Shown in pieces: positions 46,414-56,201 of a stretch of DNA of 64,000 nucleotides; the stretch's first letter is position 1; every line of letters begins with the position of its first letter. This DNA is from an uncultured Gammaproteobacteria bacterium (GTDB taxonomy: Bacteria; Patescibacteriota; Patescibacteriia; Magasanikbacterales; GWA2-37-8), in NCBI GenBank assembly GCA_964540825.1, contig CAZINT010000001.1:5315-69314 (forward strand), read 5' to 3'. A model generated the notes under the pieces. It saw nothing but the letters and a program-made list of their open reading frames with translations, was not told the DNA's origin and did no database searches. The position numbers and the translations under genes are program-made.

Positions 46414-47661
46414 ATGAAAAAAAGAATAAAAATACTATTTGCCAAAATTGCTGCTGTCTTTGCAGTTATTGGCCCGGGAATAATTGCGGCCAATGCTGAC
46501 AATGATGCCGGCGGTATCACAACCTATTCGGTAGTTGGTGCGCAGTTTGGTTTTAAAATGCTCTGGGTATTGTTTTTACTCACCTTTGCACTCGCGATTA
46601 CCCAGGAAATGGGTGCGCGAATCGGCCTGGTGACCAGGCAGGGCCTGGGGGGTGTCATTCGTGAAAATTTTGGCGTCAAGCTGACGGTGTTTGCAATGGT
46701 TGCTATGCTTATCGCTAATATCGGGACAACCACTGCTGAGTTTGCGGGTGTTGCTGCCTCATTTTCATTGTTTGGTGTCAGTAAATATATTGCGGTACCA
46801 GTTATTGCAGTGCTGATTTGGATTATTTTGTTCAAAGGCTCATTCAAGACAACCCAAAAATTATTTTTGATTTTTTCGCTCCTGTACGTTGTGTATATTA
46901 TTAACGGGCTCATAATTCAGCCCGATTTTCACGCTGCTTTTCAGGCACTTGTTCACCCGACACTCGAGTGGAACACTGCCTATTTAGTAACTGTTATTGC
47001 GCTTATCGGCACAACCATTACACCGTGGGGACAATTTTTTATTCAGTCCTACGTAGTCGATAAAGGGCTTGATATTAAACACTATAAAACCGAAAAAAAA
47101 GAAGTCTATTTTGGGGCGCTCCTTACCAACATTGTTAGCTTTTTTATTATCGTCAGTACTGCTGCAACGCTGTACAAATATGGCATACACGTGACTGATG
47201 CGAGCGAAGCCGCGGCAGCGCTCCGCCCGTTGGCTGGCAATTTAGCCGAACTGCTTTTTGGTGCCGGCCTCTTTGCCGCTTCGATGCTGGGGGCATTTAT
47301 CTTGCCCGTTGCAACTGCGTACGCGCTTTGCGAAGCGTTTGGTTGGGAATCGGGTTTTGATACGAATTGGAAAACCGGGCGGATTTTCTATAGTATTATT
47401 TTGTTCATGATCACGCTGCCAAGTTTAATTGTATTAATTCCCGGCGTTTCACTGGTTAAAGTTATGCTTCTGTCGCAAGATATTAATGGAATACTTTTGC
47501 CGTTCATTCTTATTTTTGTGATGAAGATCGTAAACAATAAACGCGTGATGGGCGAGTATACCAATAAACCTGTTGGCAATACGATCGCCTGGATCACCAT
47601 TGGATCACTGATTGCGGTGACGATTGCGCTCGTTATTTCTTCTTTTTTGGGGTATGCTTAA
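46414..47661 (+). CDS. NRAMP-family (SLC11) transporter with NRMT-like (Mg2+-type) binding-site substitutions
   Basis: The TM1 motif is GPGIIAANADNDAGG...GAQFGF; D-A-G-G aligns to the canonical D-P-G-N. The TM6 region TITPW aligns to the canonical TVMPH (Met to Thr). Confidence 0.7.
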   Translation: MKKRIKILFAKIAAVFAVIGPGIIAANADNDAGGITTYSVVGAQFGFKMLWVLFLLTFALAITQEMGARIGLVTRQGLGGVIRENFGVKLTVFAMVAMLIANIGTTTAEFAGVAASFSLFGVSKYIAVPVIAVLIWIILFKGSFKTTQKLFLIFSLLYVVYIINGLIIQPDFHAAFQALVHPTLEWNTAYLVTVIALIGTTITPWGQFFIQSYVVDKGLDIKHYKTEKKEVYFGALLTNIVSFFIIVSTAATLYKYGIHVTDASEAAAALRPLAGNLAELLFGAGLFAASMLGAFILPVATAYALCEAFGWESGFDTNWKTGRIFYSIILFMITLPSLIVLIPGVSLVKVMLLSQDINGILLPFILIFVMKIVNNKRVMGEYTNKPVGNTIAWITIGSLIAVTIALVISSFLGYA

Positions 47662-47667
47662 TGACAT

Positions 47668-49440
47668 ATGCTAGAACGCCGACCTAACATTCAAGAAGAC
47701 TATTATCCCGGCAGCAGCGATTACCCCAAACACAAAAAGACACCTGATCTGCCAAATTTTTTTGATGCAGCATATCAAGGATTGAATCCTGAACAACAAA
47801 TTATTTTGAAAGATTTAGTACAAAAGTGGCGATCGGCTAAAGGCCAAGGTAAGCGCGTCTATACCGAAGAACTCAAACTAACCCTTAGGGAATTTGGTGT
47901 CTGGCGTGACGCCGCCTTTGATTTTTTGAATGAAGTAAAACGTCCTTCAGTAAAGAAAGAAGTCGTGGCTGCAGCCGCTGCCGAATCAGAAGAAAAAATG
48001 TCAGCGACAAAAGCGGAGGTAGCTATCCCTGGCCAGTGCGAGGATGCTTCACGATCGATACAAAATATTTTGTCCGATGCGGATGGCGAAGATGATGAAG
48101 GTGGATATCCTCAGGAACAGCCTTCGGTTATAGGTTCTCGGCGGTCTGTTGTTAACGAGTTTCGTCGAGATTTTGAGAGTAAGACTCGGGACCGCCTGTC
48201 GGGTATGCCTCATGGACGTGTTCGTCACGTCGAGGTTAAAAATGGTACTCAGGTGCAGCACATTGGTAAACGGGGGCCGCAAAAACCTCGCTATAAAGAT
48301 CACCGTTCACTTGATGGTCGGCTCTCTGCAGACGACCAAAAAGCTGTAAAACGTTTTGAAAAATCTCTTGAGATTGAACGTCTTTCCCGGCCAGTACGCA
48401 AGAAGCCCTTGCGCGAGGCGCTGCCAATTTTTGAGCTATCAAGCACTGCGGAGCTACGACGTGACAAACCCATAGTAGAGCCTAAACTCCAATCGACGAG
48501 CGGTGTAGAACAAAAAATTCCTGTAGCGCAAGCTTCGGCATCTTTTGAGGATGCTGATCGGAGACAGGTATATCTCGATCCTTTTCTTGACAGGCCTCAT
48601 TTTTTACGTGATGCGCGAAAAGCCTGGGGGAGTGCTGGGGCAGAAGTTCGCCGTCAAACTGCTTCAACTGCACCGTCTGAAACGGTGCTGCCAAATATTT
48701 TGGAACCTGAGCATAAAGGCCCTGTGGCCGAGCAGACAACTGCACGCCAGAATTTTCTCGATAAACTAACCTCACCACTAAAGGAATTTTTAGAACGCCT
48801 GCGCGGTAGAGAAGTCGAATTGCATTCAAAAGAAGCGCGTGAAAAAGAACCGGTACGACGTTTTCGAATTCACGTCGAATACGATCCGCCGCTTAAGTTT
48901 TCAAATCTTTCTGGTTCACTTCCAGACGCGGCTGAGCGCGCTGACAAACGCAAGGAATTTGGGGAGAAACTTGGTATCACCGAAGCACGGTACGGCACGC
49001 CCGAGGACAAGTTGCTGAGCGGACTAACTGATTTGATGCTTTTTGGTTTTACCGATAGTAAAGATTTTGTGTACTATGGAACTGAGGGTGAACTCAAAAA
49101 AATTTGTGCGAAGATGCGTGATGTTGGTTTTATAGCAGGAACCGAAGAATTGCCCCTCAGCGAACTAGATCCTGACCGGACGTATAAGCTTGTTGTGCAA
49201 GGGATTTCACCGCAGGGCCTCAATCGCAAGATCAGTTATATTAAAACAATTCGAGATGTCTTGAGAATACCGACGCTTGAAGCAAAAGAAATTGTCGATC
49301 TGCAGGTAGCTATGGAAAAATCCACCCAGCACATGCCGACGGAATTACCCGGCAGCTTCGCTGGCGCTCGGGTGCGGTCTGTTGAAGAAGCGCTGCTTGC
49401 AGCAGGAGCAAAATCAGTTCAGGTTCAGCCAGTCTCTTGA
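47668..49440 (+). CDS. 590 aa low-complexity hypothetical protein with a C-terminal ribosomal L7/L12 CTD-like domain
   Basis: The C-terminal 80 aa (KISYIKTIRDVLRIPTLEAKEIVD...VEEALLAAGAKSVQVQ) align with the L7/L12 CTD pattern [24 protein letters not shown]...ALEEAGAEVEVK. Confidence 0.45.
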   Translation: MLERRPNIQEDYYPGSSDYPKHKKTPDLPNFFDAAYQGLNPEQQIILKDLVQKWRSAKGQGKRVYTEELKLTLREFGVWRDAAFDFLNEVKRPSVKKEVVAAAAAESEEKMSATKAEVAIPGQCEDASRSIQNILSDADGEDDEGGYPQEQPSVIGSRRSVVNEFRRDFESKTRDRLSGMPHGRVRHVEVKNGTQVQHIGKRGPQKPRYKDHRSLDGRLSADDQKAVKRFEKSLEIERLSRPVRKKPLREALPIFELSSTAELRRDKPIVEPKLQSTSGVEQKIPVAQASASFEDADRRQVYLDPFLDRPHFLRDARKAWGSAGAEVRRQTASTAPSETVLPNILEPEHKGPVAEQTTARQNFLDKLTSPLKEFLERLRGREVELHSKEAREKEPVRRFRIHVEYDPPLKFSNLSGSLPDAAERADKRKEFGEKLGITEARYGTPEDKLLSGLTDLMLFGFTDSKDFVYYGTEGELKKICAKMRDVGFIAGTEELPLSELDPDRTYKLVVQGISPQGLNRKISYIKTIRDVLRIPTLEAKEIVDLQVAMEKSTQHMPTELPGSFAGARVRSVEEALLAAGAKSVQVQPVS

Positions 49441-50582
49441 AGCAAATGTAAAAAGCGTCGAGCCGCTTTTTCCCAGGTATATTTTTTGGCCTGCTCTAAA
49501 CCGTCTGTTCGTAGACGGTTTTTTAATTCGGTGTTTCTGGTTAATCGAATCAGGGCTTCGGCTATAGATGAAGGTTTATTCGGGTTAGTATAGTAGGCAG
49601 CCCCTTCGGCGATTTCGGGCAGCGACGATCGGTTAGAAGTGATAACGGGTGTGCCGCTGCCCATGGCTTCAATAACCGGAAAACCAAAACCTTCATAAAA
49701 ACTGGGGTATACAAATACTTCGGCCAGGCTATAAAGTGCTGGTTTATCCGCTGCTTCCACGTACCCAATATACACAATCCGGTTTTTAAACGGTGAAGTA
49801 GCGAGGCGTCTAAAAATAGGTTTATTTTCCCACCCGGCAGAGCCGGCAATGACGAGTGATAGGTCGCTTGGAAGGTGTGGTGCAGCTTGTTCAAAGCCTT
49901 CGATCAGCCCTATAATATTTTTACGCGGTTCAATGCTTCCCAAAAATAAAATATATTTTTTAGGTAAGGTGTATGTGGCGCGAAGCGTTGCTTCGGCAGG
50001 TATTTCTTGAAGCGGGTAGGGAAGGGGGATAAGGCCGTGTGGAATAACAGTGATCGTTGCTGGATCGATGTGGTACCGCGCAATCAAGTCGCGTTTGGTA
50101 TTTTCGGAAGGTGTCAAAATAGAGTGTGCCTGGCAGCAGCATTTTTTTGGGTCAATCGCATAGTGCCACAAGCGTTGTTTTTTGGAAAAGAAATGAGGAA
50201 AAAATTCGAATGAGAGGTCGTGAATTGTAAGAATGTGTTTGGTGTTTTTGGATAGTGCCGTAAAATTGAGATTCGGCGAAAAAAAATAATCGAGCCTGGA
50301 AATTTTTTCGCGTTTGATAATAAGCTCGTCGATTTTGGGAAAATGGAATAGGCGGGTTGCGGCGTTGAAGAGTTTGTTAGGATAATGTGTGACAACGTAG
50401 TGGATATTTGCTTGTTGCCAGGCGGGGAGCAGGGCGGTAAGCGCAGGTTTGGCATTGGCGAACAAATAGTACTGGTTCACCGTGTCAATCGCAAAAAGCG
50501 CGTTGAGGAGTTCAAACGTATATTCACCAACCCCAGTGCGAATAGGGGAGGCTAGGGAACGAATGTCGATACCAATGTGCAT
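49425..50582 (-). CDS. Glycosyltransferase family 4
   Basis: It has the EGFGFPVIEAMGSGTPVI motif. Confidence 0.8.
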   Translation of the reverse strand: MHIGIDIRSLASPIRTGVGEYTFELLNALFAIDTVNQYYLFANAKPALTALLPAWQQANIHYVVTHYPNKLFNAATRLFHFPKIDELIIKREKISRLDYFFSPNLNFTALSKNTKHILTIHDLSFEFFPHFFSKKQRLWHYAIDPKKCCCQAHSILTPSENTKRDLIARYHIDPATITVIPHGLIPLPYPLQEIPAEATLRATYTLPKKYILFLGSIEPRKNIIGLIEGFEQAAPHLPSDLSLVIAGSAGWENKPIFRRLATSPFKNRIVYIGYVEAADKPALYSLAEVFVYPSFYEGFGFPVIEAMGSGTPVITSNRSSLPEIAEGAAYYTNPNKPSSIAEALIRLTRNTELKNRLRTDGLEQAKKYTWEKAARRFLHLLQETG

Positions 50583-50868
50583 ACTAGTGGTTGACGTTCA
50601 AAAATTGTCGTGGTTTACTTTGGTGCAAGGAGGGCCTATGAGTGAAAAATCGCTTGTGCCTGAAGGCGCGAGAACTGTTTTGGTGGAGACAATTCCGCCA
50701 GATAAGACGACACTCGGGGTGGATGGCGACAAACAGCCAAACCCCGAAGCTCTTTCAGAGCAGCTTGCGCGCGAGCGCGGTCATGCTGACCCGCGACCCG
50801 ATGGGTTGTTCTAGCCGGCTTAGCCGTTTTTTTGGGTCGCGCACATATCGTGCGCGACCCTTTGCTTT

Positions 50869-51987
50869 TTATACAAGCGTTGTTTGGTTTAATTTTTTCT
50901 TAAACTCTTCGTAGCGGTCGTTGACATATTTTTTGATACTTGTCTTGAAAGCGGCGCTCGAAAATGTAAGAGCGTGTTCACGAATATGGGCGCTATCCCA
51001 GCCTTCCGAAGTGAAGTGAAGTACTGCGTTCAAAAGCGACTCCCAATTTTGTTCATAAAAGAATTCGCCTGTATCGTGCGCTATGATCGTCTCGGTGGCG
51101 CCGCCAGCGGCAAAGGCAATGACCGGGCGGCCGCTGGCGAGGGATTCAATCGGAGTGATGCCAAAATCCTCAAGCTGCGGATGGATAAATGCTTGCGCAC
51201 GGCTAAGAAGTTGTGCCTTGGCTTCGTCATCGATACGGCCCAAAAATTCAATATTAGGGCGAGCCTGTTTTTGAAGATTTTTAAGTTCCGGCCCCGTACC
51301 AAAAATTTTGAGCGGATACTGCAAGCGATTGAAGGCCTGTACTACCAGGTCGAGTCGTTTATAGGGAACCAGGCGCCCGCCGGCAACAAAATAGTTGTCG
51401 ACCTTGGGAGCGATAGTAAAGCGTTCAGTATCGACCGGGGGATAGATAACATCGCTCGTTCGGCGATAATACTTTTGAATACGACTTTCAACTGTGTGTG
51501 AGTTCGCTATAAAATGATCTACGCGGTCGGCGCTCATTTTGTCCCACAGGCGAAGGCGAAAAATAATTTGAGGTAGGAATGCTTTAACAATCCAGTTGGA
51601 ATTAAGGTCGGCGAGATATTCGTGCCGATCACTCCAGAGGTAGCGGGGTGGGGTGTGACAATACGAAATGTGGAGCGTCTCAGGCGGGACGATAACGCCT
51701 TTGGCAAAAGCGCTTGTCGAAGAAATGACAACGTCAAAATCATTAAGATTATAATTTTCCGTTGCATTTGGCATCCAGGGTAAATACCATTGATAGTGGG
51801 TTTTGACGAAGGGTAATTTTGATAACCATGATTCACGAATCAGGTGTTTGGGAAAGGAGCTGATTTTTTTAGGATCATGAAACAAAACAAACAGCGGTGC
51901 TTCCGGCCACAGTTCATGAAGTGTTTGCAGTACCCGCTCCGCCCCTCCGTCTTGAGCAAGATAGTCGTGTACTAAAGCTAATTTCAT
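50869..51987 (-). CDS. Glycosyltransferase family 4
   Basis: GT4 N- and C-terminal Rossmann pattern, 372 aa. Confidence 0.75.
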   Translation of the reverse strand: MKLALVHDYLAQDGGAERVLQTLHELWPEAPLFVLFHDPKKISSFPKHLIRESWLSKLPFVKTHYQWYLPWMPNATENYNLNDFDVVISSTSAFAKGVIVPPETLHISYCHTPPRYLWSDRHEYLADLNSNWIVKAFLPQIIFRLRLWDKMSADRVDHFIANSHTVESRIQKYYRRTSDVIYPPVDTERFTIAPKVDNYFVAGGRLVPYKRLDLVVQAFNRLQYPLKIFGTGPELKNLQKQARPNIEFLGRIDDEAKAQLLSRAQAFIHPQLEDFGITPIESLASGRPVIAFAAGGATETIIAHDTGEFFYEQNWESLLNAVLHFTSEGWDSAHIREHALTFSSAAFKTSIKKYVNDRYEEFKKKLNQTTLV

Positions 51988-53405
51988 ACAATCGCACCGT
52001 CTTTCCTAACGACAATAAAAGGTGTTTTAATGAGAATAATAATATCTAGGAATAAATTCCAATTTTCAATATAAAATGTATCGAGCCGAACTTCCTCTTC
52101 AAAACTAAGGTTGCTCCGTCCAGAAATTTGAGCAAGCCCGGTAATGCCTGGCTTGATGGCAAGAACGATACGATGGTGTTTTTGGTATTGGTCAACCTCG
52201 CGTGGTTGGTGGGGGCGAGGTCCGACAAGACTCATGTCGCCGCGTAAGACGTTATAAAATTGCGGTAATTCGTCGAGACTCCAGCGGCGAATGAAACGGC
52301 CGAAAGGTGTGATGCGCGGATCGTTTTTGATTTTATAGACCGGTCCGGTTTTGATGCTGTTTGTTTTGATCAGTTTTTTTTCTTCTTTGAGCGCGAGGTC
52401 TCCATTTTTCCCGAATTGTTCGCCTGTGCAGTATTTTTGATACATTGATCTGAACTTAAGGGTGGAGAAGTGATCGCCTCGCTGGCCTACACGGGTATTT
52501 TTGTAAATAACAGGTCTGCCGCTCTCAATAAGGATAATTAAGCTAACGATGCCATAGATCGGCCAAAAAATAAGAAGAAAAAACAAGCTGCCGATAATAT
52601 CGATGAGTCGCTTGATAATACGCCCCCAGGCAGTCAGACGGGTGCGTCGCAGCTCGATGATAGGAATGCCGGCAATGGTTGAAACGGCGGTGTTCGTGGC
52701 GATGGTAGCAAAAAGATCGGCTGAATATTTGAAAATAATGTGGTGTTCATTCGCAAAATCAATAGCTTGCAAAACTTCTTCTTCGCTTTTTTGCGGATTA
52801 GTGAAAATAATTTCATCGGGCAATGTGCCCTTGAGACGCTTAAGTGCGCTCGGATCAAAATGGTCGAAGGTTCCGACTATAGCGTAGCCAAGATGCGGTT
52901 CGTTTTGGAGTGTTTCAATAATGCTGTGTGCAATAGTTTGGGTGCCGATAATGACTGTCCGGCGAAGACCGATGCCGGCGCGGTATAAGATCGCTTTGAG
53001 GCCGCGAATGACGAGGCGCCCAAAGATCACATACAGCATGGCGAGCATCCAACCGATTAAAACGAGAAAGCGAGAATCAAATTTTTGGAGTGTAAAAAAA
53101 ACATAGATAGTTATTGCGGCAAAACCGGTCGAACAAGCGCTGATGATACGAGTGATTTCACGAGAAAATTTGCGATTCGGGTTGGTGCTATAAAGGCCGG
53201 AGAGGCTAAAGAGTATAAGCCAGCCTAGGCCAACCCAGAGAACTGTTTGAGCGTAGCGCGTGAAGGAGAGCGCAAATAATACAGGGCGTACCGCAGTTAT
53301 TGTGGGATGAAAACGCAGTGCATAAGCACTAATGCCCGCCAGAATAAGCATAAGATAGTCGACGGGTAATTGGAGGAACGTAAACGTAAGTTCAAAGCGC
53401 TTCAT
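51984..53405 (-). CDS. Polyprenyl-phosphate sugar phosphotransferase (WbaP/CpsE-type initiating sugar transferase)
   Basis: It has a C-terminal LDELPQF...GDMSLVGPRP motif and N-terminal TM helices. Confidence 0.85.
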   Translation of the reverse strand: MKRFELTFTFLQLPVDYLMLILAGISAYALRFHPTITAVRPVLFALSFTRYAQTVLWVGLGWLILFSLSGLYSTNPNRKFSREITRIISACSTGFAAITIYVFFTLQKFDSRFLVLIGWMLAMLYVIFGRLVIRGLKAILYRAGIGLRRTVIIGTQTIAHSIIETLQNEPHLGYAIVGTFDHFDPSALKRLKGTLPDEIIFTNPQKSEEEVLQAIDFANEHHIIFKYSADLFATIATNTAVSTIAGIPIIELRRTRLTAWGRIIKRLIDIIGSLFFLLIFWPIYGIVSLIILIESGRPVIYKNTRVGQRGDHFSTLKFRSMYQKYCTGEQFGKNGDLALKEEKKLIKTNSIKTGPVYKIKNDPRITPFGRFIRRWSLDELPQFYNVLRGDMSLVGPRPHQPREVDQYQKHHRIVLAIKPGITGLAQISGRSNLSFEEEVRLDTFYIENWNLFLDIIILIKTPFIVVRKDGAIV

Positions 53406-53523
53406 AACCCCAGGTTTTACGAAAAAATAACGAAAATCTGACCACTATTGTATGCTAAGCAGCTCCAAGCGTCAATCAGGTTTTGCGGCTAACGACAAAA
53501 CCTTCCCGAAGGAAGGTTTTGCG

Positions 53524-53978
53524 CCATTATTGTAAGCCGAATTTTGTTCCCATCTTGTGAGGGGTGATAATCATTTCTCTGGTTTGGCCATTACTGGCCG
53601 AATCTAGCGAGCGAACTTTTCGCGCCACTTTTATAGCGTCTCTCGGGCGCCGATAACAGGCACGCTGCTCTTGCACCAGACAGGGTTTAGCACTGCTCTA
53701 TTTCGCAATAGAGCGAGTATGGTAGCTTTGATCTCGAGAATCAGAACCTCCATACACTTTTCACCTTTTGTCCCGACGAAAGCCTGCCTATCAGCAGGTA
53801 CACGGGATTAGTATTGTCTCTGTGCCACTGTCCCGCTCCAGAACTTTACAGCTTGGAGGGTGGGTATTGCCCACTATCCTTGTCCATTCTTCAAAAACCA
53901 GCCTGTAGGCTTATTTTTGGATCAAATGGGGTGTTCGGACTTTCCTCTCCGGTTTAAGGGAGCGATTATCCATAATGG
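53524..53978 (-). ncRNA. rnpB: RNase P RNA (bacterial type)
   Basis: Minus-strand GAGGAAAGTCCGAAC (P4 5' strand) and ACAAAATTCGGCTTACA (P4 3' strand). P1 pairs CCATTAT with ATAATGG. A GGTGCAAGAGCAGCGTGCC segment is similar to P10-12. Hairpins at 53481-53520 follow the 3' end. Confidence 0.75.
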
Positions 53979-54097
53979 AAGTTGTTAGTGTACTATACAG
54001 TAGCGTGCATGTCAACCGTTTGAGATATGCTTGTCAATAGTCAAAAATGTTTTTTTGAGCTATACTGACAGGGTAGATCTTAAGTAGAATTGTTCGT

Positions 54098-55054
54098 GTG
54101 CTTAACATATATAATGCCAACAACCATGACCAAACCCCGCTCGTGGGAGGCACGGTTGAATTAAATAAAAAACCAAATTATCAAAAATATACCGATCCAA
54201 CCGGTGAGTTCAGCGGTCAGGAATTGAAGTATAGTTTTTGGTATGTACGTCATCGTTTAGTGCTCTATAAGGCGGCAATCGGTGTTCTCCTGGCACTTGC
54301 GGTCGGTACTGCACTGTATTCACTTTTTCAGCTTGGCACATACCTTATATTTGGTTTGCAAGAAAGCGCCGCAGTTGATAGGGGGTTAACGACCTTTGAA
54401 AATTATACCGCCATCCAAGATCGTTTTGCCCCTAAGCCTATTCAAATTCTCGGTACAACGGTTTACGCTGGAAGCGGCAGTAAGTATGATTTTGTGGCTG
54501 AAGCAAGTAACCCAAATAGTCAATTTATTGTCACTTTTGAGTATCATTTTACCTATAATTCAAACCAGCAAACACCGTCCCAAACGACTACGCTTTTAGC
54601 GGGCGAAGCACGCCCGCTTCCGTTTCTTGGGCTTGAAACAAGCGGTTACCCCAGTACGGCGGCGATTGTTATCGAGCATATTGCCTGGAAACGTTTATCC
54701 AATCATGAATATCTTGATCCGGCCGCTTTTCAAAGTACGCGACTTAATTTTTTGGTCAGTAACTTTGTGTTTACCCCGGCGAGCGATGGAGTTGTTGCCA
54801 ACGCCGACAGTATTCGATTTAGCCTTACCAACCAAAGTGCGTATAGTTACAAGTCGGCCCAATTTTATGTCGGACTATACCTTGATCAAAATTTAGTTGG
54901 TATTTTGCCGCTTACGATTGATGCTTTTAAATCACTTGAAACAAAACAAGTTGACCTGCGCAGTTTTGGGTCAAACGTGAATGTTACTGATGTACGTGTC
55001 TTTCCGGTTATTAATACCTATGATCCGTCGGTATATTTACCGCCGGATAGATAG
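54098..55054 (+). CDS. Hypothetical membrane-anchored protein
   Basis: One TM helix. It lies upstream of the SEDS gene. Confidence 0.45.
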   Translation: MLNIYNANNHDQTPLVGGTVELNKKPNYQKYTDPTGEFSGQELKYSFWYVRHRLVLYKAAIGVLLALAVGTALYSLFQLGTYLIFGLQESAAVDRGLTTFENYTAIQDRFAPKPIQILGTTVYAGSGSKYDFVAEASNPNSQFIVTFEYHFTYNSNQQTPSQTTTLLAGEARPLPFLGLETSGYPSTAAIVIEHIAWKRLSNHEYLDPAAFQSTRLNFLVSNFVFTPASDGVVANADSIRFSLTNQSAYSYKSAQFYVGLYLDQNLVGILPLTIDAFKSLETKQVDLRSFGSNVNVTDVRVFPVINTYDPSVYLPPDR

Positions 55055-55090
55055 TCTGGTTGGCGCGGTTATTTTTGATGTGACTTCCGT

Positions 55091-56185
55091 ATGCTGAATT
55101 TCCATAAATTTTTTTCACGCAGTTTTGATTGGATTTTGATGGTTGCCGTGCTATTGCTTGTTGCAATGGGTATGGAAGCAGTATATAGCGTCGACTTGTC
55201 ACGCGGCCCGGAACTCGTGCTTTTTAAAAAACAATTTATCGCGCTCGGGATTGGTTTAGTGTCGGCTGGGTTTGCAAGTATGCTGCACTACAGCTGGTTT
55301 CGCTCAGGAGCAAAGCTTGCGTACGCGTTTGCTTTGTTTTTATTGGGTTTTGTTTTGGTGTTTGGTCAAACGATTCGTGGCACCCGCGGGTGGTTCGTAG
55401 TGGGCGGATTTTCATTTCAGCCGGTTGAATTTGCTAAAGTAGCCATTATTCTTATTCTCGCCGCGGTAGTGGCGCATTTTGGCCGGCGATTTGAGCGTCC
55501 GCTTTTCTTTTTCGGGACGGGTGCAATGGCGCTTATTATGATGGCCCTTGTTATGCGTCAGCCGGATTTAGGTTCGGCAGTTTTGATTGGTACGATTTGG
55601 TTTGGGCTCATGTTTTTGGTGGGGGCTAGGGCTAGGCATCTTGGCGGACTGATTATTGTTGGATTACTTTTTTCTGTTGCCGCCTGGTTTTTGTTTTTAC
55701 AAGATTACCAGAAAGACCGGTTGCTTAATTTTGTGCATCCTGACCGTGACCCGCTGGGTACTGGGTATAACGTAACGCAGTCGACCATTGCGGTTGGAGC
55801 GGGGAAATTATTTGGTCGGGGACTTGGGTTCGGTTCACAAAGTCAGCTGCGTTTTTTGCCGGAAGCCCAAACTGATTTCGTGTTTTCAGTGATTGGTGAA
55901 GAACTTGGGTTTGCAGGTACAGGGATTTTGGTAATTCTGTATGGCGTCATGCTCTGGCGGCTCGTTATAATCATGAAAAATACTAATGATGATTTTGTAT
56001 CAGCGACGATTGCCGGTATTATTGTTTTATTCTCGAGTCAATTTTTTATTAATATCGGCGCCGAGATCGGCCTACTGCCAGTTACGGGCGTAACACTGCC
56101 GTTTGTCAGTTATGGCGGGTCATCGCTGATTATCAATCTCTTGCTTATCGGGATTGCGCAGAGTATGGTAGTAAAGAAGTACTAA
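55091..56185 (+). CDS. SEDS-family peptidoglycan glycosyltransferase (FtsW/RodA)
   Basis: Ten-TM pattern with the conserved C-terminal loop GFGSQSQLRFLPEAQTDFVFSVIGEELGFAG. Confidence 0.85.
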   Translation: MLNFHKFFSRSFDWILMVAVLLLVAMGMEAVYSVDLSRGPELVLFKKQFIALGIGLVSAGFASMLHYSWFRSGAKLAYAFALFLLGFVLVFGQTIRGTRGWFVVGGFSFQPVEFAKVAIILILAAVVAHFGRRFERPLFFFGTGAMALIMMALVMRQPDLGSAVLIGTIWFGLMFLVGARARHLGGLIIVGLLFSVAAWFLFLQDYQKDRLLNFVHPDRDPLGTGYNVTQSTIAVGAGKLFGRGLGFGSQSQLRFLPEAQTDFVFSVIGEELGFAGTGILVILYGVMLWRLVIIMKNTNDDFVSATIAGIIVLFSSQFFINIGAEIGLLPVTGVTLPFVSYGGSSLIINLLLIGIAQSMVVKKY

Positions 56186-56201
56186 TGTAAAGCATGTATT
56201 T

